This document shows positions 16,889 to 24,043 of a stretch of DNA of 32,000 bases, piece by piece (positions within the stretch are counted from its first letter, which is position 1; each line of letters starts with the position of its first letter). A model generated the notes under the pieces. The model worked only from the letters and a program-made list of their open reading frames with translations, was not told the DNA's origin and did no database searches. The stretch is from Ignicoccus hospitalis KIN4/I (GTDB taxonomy: Archaea; Thermoproteota; Thermoprotei_A; Sulfolobales; Ignicoccaceae): the NCBI RefSeq assembly GCF_000017945.1, contig NC_009776.1, positions 810,001 to 842,000 on the forward strand, read 5' to 3'. The position numbers were made by a program, and so were the translations under genes.

Positions 16889-17396
16889 CGCCCATCACCT
16901 TGGACAACTCGAATTTCCGCTCCTTCGTGGGGTTTCCCTCCTCCGCTTCCAGCCCGCTCACAAACACTTCGTCCGCCATCATAGAGGCTAAGAGCTTCGC
17001 CTTGTCGCCGTCGCTAAAGGCCGGCACACAAAGGCCGTTACCTCTGGGGCTCTGAACTACCGGAATTACCCTGTTTCCCAACGGGATTTTAATCAATTTC
17101 TCGAAGTTGTCGCCGTGGACGACTAGGAAGAGCAACTTCTCCTCCGAGGCCCTCGAGAGCTCCTCCGCCCTCGCCCCGTCGCCGTCTGACAGGAGGAAGT
17201 CGTAATCTTCCAGCTCGTTCGCCGCCCCGTCGACGGCCAGCTTAGGGCACCCCGTCTTGGGCGCTCCAAAGGGGCCGACCACTTCCACGCACTTGAGGCG
17301 AGGGACTTGTACTCCCCTGTCGAGAAGGGTCGCGACCTCCCACGCGCGCTTCTCTCTCTCTACGCTTAACCCCAAGGAGCGCAAGATTTCGAACAA
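16824..17396 (-). CDS. 6-hydroxymethylpterin diphosphokinase MptE-like (DUF115) protein
   Basis: LAVDGAANELEDYDFLLSDGDG...LLFLVVHGDNFEKLIKIP...QSPRGNGLCVPAFSDGDKAKLLASMM. TTG start; TATA (ATTTATG) about 26 nt upstream on the minus strand. Confidence 0.7.
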   Translation of the reverse strand: MFEILRSLGLSVEREKRAWEVATLLDRGVQVPRLKCVEVVGPFGAPKTGCPKLAVDGAANELEDYDFLLSDGDGARAEELSRASEEKLLFLVVHGDNFEKLIKIPLGNRVIPVVQSPRGNGLCVPAFSDGDKAKLLASMMADEVFVSGLEAEEGNPTKERKFELSKVMGVEGALGGYGRWALDEGERRGL

Positions 17397-17423
17397 ATAG
17401 GGCTCCCAGCGGAGACATAAATC

Positions 17424-18974
17424 ATGAAACCCTTCGTTAATAAACTCCCGGATTGGGGGTCACCCGGTCGAGAGGGAGTGGGCGGTACCAAGAAGTTGAC
17501 TAGGGACAACCAGCACAAGTCAGCGAAGGTACTAAAGAACGAGATGCTTGGGACCAAGGTTGCCTACGAAGTCTCGAAGGGCTTCAAGCCGGACTTCTCG
17601 GACAATTTGCTGCTGTCCTCAAACTTGTACTCGAAGATTGAGGAGCTCGTGTTGGACGAAGTCATAGGGGGGATCAAACTGAAGGAGCCCACCCCCAACA
17701 TCTACGTCAAGTTCAAAAGCTTCGTCAACGCGAGCTCGACGGACGTATTCGCCTCCTTCGTGAACTACTACCTACACTTGCTCGCGTACAAGGCGGATGC
17801 GAACGTAGTCTTGGTGGCTTTCGACGAGCTCAAGAATAAGAACAGAATAATAGCAAAGAGGTTCGTCGCGTTGGCTCAGAAGCCGCGGGGGCCGGAGGGG
17901 GAACGCTCCGAAGAGGACGACACGGCCATACTGATAGGGTTACTGTTCTCGGACAGCCGCGCTAAGAGGTACAACCACAAGGCGTTGATTAGGAAGACGA
18001 AGAACGCCGCTCAAGGCTTCCTACAGAGGTACTCCCGGGAGCTGGGCCTCCCGAACGTAAAGCTTGCCGGCCCGACCCTCTTCGTCCACGTGGCCGCGGA
18101 GTTCCCCGAGAACGAAATAAAGATAGACGTGAGGGACGGGCACGAGAGCATAAAGATAACCATACCCTTGAGGGTTCCGGAGTGGAGCTTGGACGACTTC
18201 CCGGAGGAGTTGGGCGAAGAACTGAGAACCTTAGTTATAGACCCAATTACCAATAAGATGGCGTTTGCTCCGAAGGGGATGTTGCTCGTGGGGCCTCCCG
18301 GAGTGGGCAAGACCATCTTGGTCGAGGCGGTGGCGGGGGGGCTGGGGAGGAAGTTGTTGGAGCTCGAGCCGGGGATGTATAGGAGCATGTGGTACGGCCA
18401 GACCGAAAAGATCTTGAAAGAGATATTTAATGCTGTTAGCAAGAGAAAGGATGAGGTAGTGGTCCTCATAGACGACGCGGAGTTCTTGATGGACCGCGGC
18501 TTGGCGGTCCACGAGGGCTACGTAAGCGAGATGAACGTATTTCTGAAGCTATTACAGAACAGGGAAAGACCGCTAATAGCGATGACGACCAACCACCCCC
18601 AGCTGCTCGACCAAGCCCTGGTTAGGCCGGGCAGAGTAGACTTGGCCGTGATAGTGGGGTACCCCGACAAGGAGTTCCGGAGGAAGATCGTAGAGCGGGC
18701 GGCTAAGAGGTATGAGCTAAAGATGGACGAACACTTAATCGAGAAGGTGGTCAGAGTCACCCGGTGGTTCAGCAACGCGGAGATAGACTCGTTAATAAGG
18801 ATGGCTGCGGCCAAGGGTAAGGGCAAGATAACTGAGGAGAGCGTGGAGTGGGCCAGAAGGAGGTTCCACATAGACGAGGGGGAGAGGGAGAGGCTCCAAG
18901 AGTCGCTCCGCTGGTACGCGAACAAGCTACAAGGAATGGTAGTAAGCTACGTCAAGAACCCTTGGGAGGTGTGA
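17424..18974 (+). CDS. AAA+ ATPase, single AAA module with an unrecognised N-terminal region
   Basis: Walker A GPPGVGKT, Walker B-like VVVLIDDAEFL, TTNHPQLLDQALVRPGRVDLAVIVGYPD. Start codon uncertain: TATA-like sequences near 17414-17421 and 17438-17445 suggest initiation at GTG 17478 or later. Confidence 0.88.
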   Translation: MKPFVNKLPDWGSPGREGVGGTKKLTRDNQHKSAKVLKNEMLGTKVAYEVSKGFKPDFSDNLLLSSNLYSKIEELVLDEVIGGIKLKEPTPNIYVKFKSFVNASSTDVFASFVNYYLHLLAYKADANVVLVAFDELKNKNRIIAKRFVALAQKPRGPEGERSEEDDTAILIGLLFSDSRAKRYNHKALIRKTKNAAQGFLQRYSRELGLPNVKLAGPTLFVHVAAEFPENEIKIDVRDGHESIKITIPLRVPEWSLDDFPEELGEELRTLVIDPITNKMAFAPKGMLLVGPPGVGKTILVEAVAGGLGRKLLELEPGMYRSMWYGQTEKILKEIFNAVSKRKDEVVVLIDDAEFLMDRGLAVHEGYVSEMNVFLKLLQNRERPLIAMTTNHPQLLDQALVRPGRVDLAVIVGYPDKEFRRKIVERAAKRYELKMDEHLIEKVVRVTRWFSNAEIDSLIRMAAAKGKGKITEESVEWARRRFHIDEGERERLQESLRWYANKLQGMVVSYVKNPWEV

Positions 18975-18979
18975 GCTGA

Positions 18980-19195
18980 GTGGCAATAACGTGGGAGCCC
19001 GTCTGGGAACTCGTTACGGTCGAGCACGAGGGCATGAGGATAAGGGTCTTAAGGGACAAGGAGACGGGCTTGCTGGCTTGTCCCATATGCTTGACTGAGA
19101 CCGTGAAAAAGAAGGGGAGGAAGGCCGCCGACGAGGGGTCGTTCTTCTTCGACGTCCAGTCCTTGATAGCGCACCTCACTACTCACGCCAGCTGA
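18980..19195 (+). CDS. Small zinc-finger-like protein (CxxC...HxxxxH)
   Basis: [32 protein letters not shown]...[17 protein letters not shown]; begins 5 bp after the AAA+ stop; GTG start. Confidence 0.8.
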   Translation: MAITWEPVWELVTVEHEGMRIRVLRDKETGLLACPICLTETVKKKGRKAADEGSFFFDVQSLIAHLTTHAS

Positions 19196-19602
19196 GGCCC
19201 CTCGTTCAACCGCTTCCAAGCCTTGACTGCAGCCTCCACGGCGCGGCGCGCGTACTCCTCTATCCTCTCGGCCGCTTGCTCCCGCGTGGCCCCGGGGCCT
19301 ATAACGCCTAAGGTGACGGGCTTCCCGTACTCCAAAGACAAGTCCATTAACTTCCTAGCGACCTGGTGGGCCACCACTTGGTCGTGGTCGGTCTCGCCCT
19401 TTATCACGGCGCCCAAGACAGCTACCGCGTCGCAGCCCTCCTCCAGCAGCCTCTTCGCGGCCAGCGGGGCCTCGAAAGAGCCCGGCACCTTGAGCACCAA
19501 GACCTCCTCCACCCCGAGGAACTTAGCGTGGTCCAGAGCCTTCTCTAGCATAAGTCTGGTTATATCGTAGTTGAACTCAGACACCACTATGCCGAGCCTC
19601 AC
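19183..19602 (-). CDS. ribH: 6,7-dimethyl-8-ribityllumazine synthase
   Basis: [73 protein letters not shown]. Confidence 0.94.
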   Translation of the reverse strand: MRLGIVVSEFNYDITRLMLEKALDHAKFLGVEEVLVLKVPGSFEAPLAAKRLLEEGCDAVAVLGAVIKGETDHDQVVAHQVARKLMDLSLEYGKPVTLGVIGPGATREQAAERIEEYARRAVEAAVKAWKRLNEGPQLA

Positions 19603-19641
19603 GCCCTCAACACCTTCCGTCCGGCTCTGGAGAGGAGCGTA

Positions 19642-20184
19642 TCAAGTTTTAGCGGCTACCACGAGGCCCAGGGAGGTCGGCACTACCAAGTACTTGACCT
19701 TGAGCTCTTTGAGCTTTTCGAAGAACGTCTGAGGAGGTGGCGGAAAGATCGCGTTGTGGAACAACATTACTCCTCCCTTACCCAACTTCTCATAGAGCAA
19801 TTCCAACACGTCTGGATACTGCTCCTTATCCACGTCTACGAACGCGAAGGCCACGGGCTCTTCGAACCCTTTTAAGAAATCCAAGGCGTCCCCGTGCACG
19901 GCCTCGAAACCGGCCTTCTCAGCCAAGCCCTTTAACTCTTCGAAGAATCTTGCCTCCCTCTCCACAGCTATGAGCCTCTTCCCGAAGGCCTTGGCTGCTT
20001 GGAGTATCCACAAAGCCGAGAAGCCTATTCCGGCGCCCAAGTCCAGCGCCACTCCCTCCGCGTTAGCCAGGGCGGCGAACGAGGTCCCTTGCAACACGTA
20101 AGCGTCCTCCAACGGTATGTGGGGTATTCCCAACCTCCGGGACCTCTCCATTACGTACCTATAGAGCTCTTCAAACCCCGTCAT
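19642..20184 (-). CDS. Class I SAM-dependent methyltransferase, O-methyltransferase-like
   Basis: ANAEGVALDLGAGIGFSALWILQAA...VHGDALDFLK...AFVDVDKEQYPDVLELLYEKLGKGG. Start revised from 20199 to ATG 20184, which lies about 26 nt from the TATA element. Confidence 0.78.
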   Translation of the reverse strand: MTGFEELYRYVMERSRRLGIPHIPLEDAYVLQGTSFAALANAEGVALDLGAGIGFSALWILQAAKAFGKRLIAVEREARFFEELKGLAEKAGFEAVHGDALDFLKGFEEPVAFAFVDVDKEQYPDVLELLYEKLGKGGVMLFHNAIFPPPPQTFFEKLKELKVKYLVVPTSLGLVVAAKT

Positions 20185-20206
20185 CTTGTGATTACCCATT
20201 AATTCC

Positions 20207-20217
20207 CCATATAAACT
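20207..20217. promoter_or_regulatory. Shared bidirectional TATA element between the methyltransferase (-) and LeuRS-like (+) genes
   Basis: CCATATAAACT, centre about 20211; reads ATATAAAC on + and TTTATAT on -. Distances are about 25 nt to TTG 20236 and about 27 nt to ATG 20184. Confidence 0.65.
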
Positions 20218-20235
20218 TCTCTACCGGGTGTACGG

Positions 20236-22773
20236 TTGCAACAGAAGTTCTTCGTTACCGCAGCTTTCCCCTACGCCCTCCCGCTCGACGTGGACGAGCT
20301 CGTAACTAGGGTGCGCTCCTACCTAGTAGCCGACGTGTACGCGAGGTACCACGAGGCTAGGGGGAGGAGGGTCCTATTTCCCATGGCTTTCCACTACAGC
20401 GGCACGCCCCTCGTTTCCTTCTACGAGAGGGTGAAGTCCCGCTCCCCGGAGGCGCTGAAGTTATTAAAGGAACTGGGCGTCCCCGAGGACGTAAAGAGCC
20501 CTAAGGAACTTGGGGACTTCATGTCCAGAAAGCTGAAGGAGCTCTTCGATTCGTTGAGGTTGAGGATAGATTGGGAGCACTCGTTCACCACGGAGGATCC
20601 CGGATTTAAGTCCTTTGTAAAGTGGATATACTTAAAACTGAAGGAAAAGGGCTTAGTGGTCAAGGGCACTTACCCGGTGCCGTGGGACCCGGTAGAAGAG
20701 GTCCCGGTGAGCTCCCACGACACTGAAGGCTTCAAGCAGATAAAGGTGGGATCCTTCTTCTTGTTAATGTTCGAGTTGAGCCCGGGCTTGTACTTGCCGG
20801 CGGCCGCCCGGCCGGAGACCTCATTCGGTATAACTAACATATGGATCAACCCCAAGGCAGAGTACAAGATAGTGGAGGCCGGCGGCAAGAGGATGATTAT
20901 GTCGTCCAAGGCAGCTTTTAAGATTAGGTTCCAGTTGGACGAGGTGTTTGAAGTAGGCAAGGTAGATCCTGAGGAGATCCTCGGCAAGAGGGCCGTCAAC
21001 CCCATAACTGGGGAGAGCGTGCCCGTGCTGCCCTCAAGCTCGGTGGACCCGGAGAGGGGAAGCGGCGTCGTGGCCTCGAAGCCTGCGCACGACGTGAACG
21101 ACTACCGCGAGGTGCAGAAGCTCTTGAGCAAACCCTTCGTGCTCGAGAGCTTCGACGTTGACCCGAAGGAGCTAGAGCCGAAGGCCGTGATAGAGCTGCC
21201 CGGGTGTGAGGTCCCAGCGGCTTGCTTCGAGGACAACAGGGAGCTCGTGCTCGCGGAAAGGAGCAAGGGCAAGCTCAAACCCGAAGCGGTCTTAAAGGCG
21301 TTGAAGGGCTCGGAGGACCAGTTCCTCAAGGGCTTGCTCTTGACCGTGTTGACCGAGCGACCGGTCGCGGAGGTCTCGGAAGTAATAAAGAGAGCTGCAA
21401 CCGTCGGGGGAGTTGCTTTAGAGTTTTACGACGTATTGAACGGACCGATAAGGTCTAGGTTCGGTAACGAAGTAGTGGTGAAGGTCCTCAAGGACCAGTG
21501 GTTCTTGAACTACGACGACGAGAAGTGGAAGAAGAAGGCGTTAGAGGTTCTTAGCCTGATGGAGGTGGTTCCCAAAGAAGTCTCGAGGTCCTTAGTAACG
21601 GTCATAGAAAGCCTCAAGAAGAGGGCGTTCGCTCTGGCACGGGGCTTGGGCACCCCGTTGCCGTGGGACGAGAACTTAGTAATAGACAGCCTCAGCGACT
21701 CCACCTTGTATTACTTGTTCTACCTATTTGCAGACGTCCTCAAGGACAAAGAAGTGAAACCCGAGGCGTGGGACTACTTGATACTGGGGGAGGGCAAGGC
21801 GGAAGACTTGAAGTACTTGAGGAAGAGGTTCTTGGAGTGGATGCCCCTAGACATGAGGGTTGTCCACGAGGAGCTCGTGAGCAACCACGTCGCCTACATG
21901 CTGTTCCACCACGCGGCCATCTTCGGAACCTCCAACGTTCCGAGGAAGTTGTTGGTAACTGGAGAGGTGGAGGGCGTCAGCGTAAACCCGTTTAAGGAGG
22001 ACCCGCAAGCCTTGAGGTTGTACTTGCTGACCGCGGCGAAGCCCACCTCGCCTCTGAAGTTCTCGGAAAAGGACCTCCGCGAGGTTCAAAAGAGGATAGA
22101 GGAGATACTCAAGGAGTGGCCCTCCGGGGACAGGGAGGCCGGGGAGCTCGAGGAGTGGCTGGAGTCGGCCTTGGCGCTGAGGGTTCAAAGGGCCGAGGCG
22201 GCGCTGGAGCAAGGGGACGTTAGGGAGGCGGCCCTACAAGCCCTGGGCTTCTTGAAGGACTTGAGGAGGTACTACCAGAGGTTGGAGGACAAGGGCTTGC
22301 CGCCCTCCAAGGAAGTGAGGAGGCTGCTGAGGGAGTGGGGCTCGCTGTTGTACCCGTTCGCGCCCTCGCTGGCGGAGGCCCTAGGAGGGGTCCCCCGGTG
22401 GCCTTCCTTGGAGCGGAACTTGGAGGTCGAGGCTAAAGAAGCATACTTCGATATGTTACTAAATGAAATTAAAAAGGTGAAGTCGGACAAAGTCCTAGTA
22501 GAGGTGGCCCCTAGGGAGGCGACTGAGGCGCTCAGGGAAGTGGTGGAGAGCGTGGAGGAGGGGGTCTGGGAAGAGCTGGAGGACGTCCCCCGGCAGCTGT
22601 TGGAGAGGGCCTTGAAGTTGAGCGAGGAGTGGAGGGAGTTGTTGTACTACATAAAGGACGAATACGAGATGGCGAGCTCCCTAAAGGAGGAGTTGGAGAG
22701 GAGGACCGGCAAGGAGGTCCACGTAAAGGTGGGAGACGCACAGCCCTTGTCCCCCAAGGTGAGGGGCCTTTGA
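20236..22773 (+). CDS. Leucyl-tRNA synthetase-like protein lacking HIGH and KMSKS signatures
   Basis: Collinear with archaeal LeuRS: QQKFFVTAAFPY, FPMAFHYSGTPLVSFYERVKSRSP, ARPETSFGITNIWINPKAEY, RFGNEVVVKVLKDQWFLNYDDEKWKKKALE, GLGTPLPWDENLVIDSLSDSTLYYLFY, FLEWMPLDMRV..EELVSNHVAYMLFHHAAIF. HIGH position reads LDVDE and no KMSKS is present. Confidence 0.92.
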   Translation: MQQKFFVTAAFPYALPLDVDELVTRVRSYLVADVYARYHEARGRRVLFPMAFHYSGTPLVSFYERVKSRSPEALKLLKELGVPEDVKSPKELGDFMSRKLKELFDSLRLRIDWEHSFTTEDPGFKSFVKWIYLKLKEKGLVVKGTYPVPWDPVEEVPVSSHDTEGFKQIKVGSFFLLMFELSPGLYLPAAARPETSFGITNIWINPKAEYKIVEAGGKRMIMSSKAAFKIRFQLDEVFEVGKVDPEEILGKRAVNPITGESVPVLPSSSVDPERGSGVVASKPAHDVNDYREVQKLLSKPFVLESFDVDPKELEPKAVIELPGCEVPAACFEDNRELVLAERSKGKLKPEAVLKALKGSEDQFLKGLLLTVLTERPVAEVSEVIKRAATVGGVALEFYDVLNGPIRSRFGNEVVVKVLKDQWFLNYDDEKWKKKALEVLSLMEVVPKEVSRSLVTVIESLKKRAFALARGLGTPLPWDENLVIDSLSDSTLYYLFYLFADVLKDKEVKPEAWDYLILGEGKAEDLKYLRKRFLEWMPLDMRVVHEELVSNHVAYMLFHHAAIFGTSNVPRKLLVTGEVEGVSVNPFKEDPQALRLYLLTAAKPTSPLKFSEKDLREVQKRIEEILKEWPSGDREAGELEEWLESALALRVQRAEAALEQGDVREAALQALGFLKDLRRYYQRLEDKGLPPSKEVRRLLREWGSLLYPFAPSLAEALGGVPRWPSLERNLEVEAKEAYFDMLLNEIKKVKSDKVLVEVAPREATEALREVVESVEEGVWEELEDVPRQLLERALKLSEEWRELLYYIKDEYEMASSLKEELERRTGKEVHVKVGDAQPLSPKVRGL

Positions 22774-23144
22774 GTCGCGAGGCGCTCGCGAAGAGGATGG
22801 CTAGGGCCTTCAAGGCCCTCGGCTTCTTCATATTTGAGGCTGACGAGTTGCCGGACGTCAAGGAGGTCCTCGAGGAGGCGAAGCTCCACGAGACTTTGAG
22901 GGTGGTGAAGCTTGGGGACGTAGACCTAAGAATTAAAAACTTGGAATTCGTCACATCGTACTACATGGTTACTTTGGACTTGGAGAGCTGCTTGAACTCT
23001 TGCAAGGACGACGAGTGCTTGAAGGCGTGTGCGGAGGAGAAGAAGGAAGCCGTGGCGAGGGCCTTGTTAGAGGTGAAGGGGCAGAAGCCCCAAGACCTCT
23101 CCTCCCTATTAAAGAGGCTGCGGGAAGGCTCGAGGGGGCAGTGA
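22770..23144 (+). CDS. Hypothetical protein, translationally coupled to the LeuRS-like gene
   Basis: SREALAKRMARAFKALGFFIFEADELPDVKEVLEEAKLHETLRVVKLGDVDLRIKNLEFVTSYYMVTLDLESCLNSCKDDECLKACAEEKK; start revised to TTG 22770 (TTGA overlap with the previous stop), with AGGTGAGG upstream. Confidence 0.75.
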   Translation: MSREALAKRMARAFKALGFFIFEADELPDVKEVLEEAKLHETLRVVKLGDVDLRIKNLEFVTSYYMVTLDLESCLNSCKDDECLKACAEEKKEAVARALLEVKGQKPQDLSSLLKRLREGSRGQ

Positions 23145-24043
23145 GGCATTTGCCCGAAGTAGCTGAGGCGCGAGGGTTAACCTTCATCAAGGGTCCGGGT
23201 TTGGACCACGTAATAGAGGAGAAGGGAATCAAGAGGATAGTGGTCTTGGACCCCTATTTCGGTGACATATACGGGGACTACCTCTTCGCTGGGTACGAGG
23301 TGGTCGAGGAGTTCCCCAAGGCTACCTTGCCGGACGTAGTGGGCTTCCACACGGCGGCGGTGCTCCTCAGCAAGAAGCCCGCGGTGGTGGTCTGCGGCTT
23401 CGACCCCTTGAGGTGTGCCGTCGCCCTCGCGGCTTACTTGATAAAGGAAGAGAAGGTAAGTGTGGAGGAAGCGGTGGAGGAGGCGGAGGAGAGGCTCTCC
23501 TCCCTCTACGGCGCGGCGAGGGTGCCACGGGTTCCCAAGAGGGGGCTAGAGGCCTACGCCCGCTTGGCCAGCCTCTTCGGGGACTACTTAGACGCGATTA
23601 TGGCTTTGGGCCTTAACTATGAGTTCGGTAAAGGGGGCCTCCATTGGGGAGAGGCAGTGACTTGGGCGAACTCAATGGAGTACGACGACCCTCTCTTCCT
23701 AGCGACGGCGCTTCACTTCTTGGCCGAGGGCCACGGGAAGAGGGATGAGGTGTTCCAGAGGAGGCTAGAGGTGGTGAGGCGCGAGGCCTTGGAGGAGATG
23801 TTGGGCGAGGAGGGCCTGGAAGCCTTAGAGCTCGTGAGGGAGTTCGCTGAGGGCAAGTTGAGGGAGCTCGAGTTCGTGGAGGCCCTCCAGCCGGGCGAGG
23901 GGTACGTGCGCGACGTGGAGAGGCGCGGGGACGAGGTGGTGGTTAGGTGCATCGGCTGTGAGGCCGTTAAAGGGTTGAACGAACTCCTCCCCCTAGAGAG
24001 GGCCGGCGTGAGGAAGGTCTCCTTCGAGCGGGTGACCGTTTGA
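23141..24043 (+). CDS. Conserved-looking protein with a dual-specificity-phosphatase-like CX5R segment
   Basis: EEFPKATLPDVVGFHTAAVLLSKKPAVVVCGFDPLRCAVALAAYLIKE resembles the DSP/PTP loop region; start revised to GTG 23141 (GTGA overlap with the upstream stop). Confidence 0.75.
   Translation: MRHLPEVAEARGLTFIKGPGLDHVIEEKGIKRIVVLDPYFGDIYGDYLFAGYEVVEEFPKATLPDVVGFHTAAVLLSKKPAVVVCGFDPLRCAVALAAYLIKEEKVSVEEAVEEAEERLSSLYGAARVPRVPKRGLEAYARLASLFGDYLDAIMALGLNYEFGKGGLHWGEAVTWANSMEYDDPLFLATALHFLAEGHGKRDEVFQRRLEVVRREALEEMLGEEGLEALELVREFAEGKLRELEFVEALQPGEGYVRDVERRGDEVVVRCIGCEAVKGLNELLPLERAGVRKVSFERVTV

Noticed and set aside
22629-22769. ORF-track start at 22629 for the small protein after the LeuRS-like gene
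   Set aside because: The extra residues (GRIRDGELPKGGVGEEDRQGG...) are an out-of-frame read of the LeuRS-like 3' end. TTG 22770 with a ribosome-binding site fits better.
20236-22773. Degenerate LeuRS as a pseudogene
   Set aside because: An 845-codon intact frame, preserved structural motifs, a good leaderless promoter and tight coupling to downstream genes all indicate a maintained gene.
23000-23140. ORF-track start at 23000 for the phosphatase-like protein
   Set aside because: It overlaps the previous CDS in another frame with low-complexity GEG/RRG composition. GTG 23141 in a GTGA overlap is the likely start.
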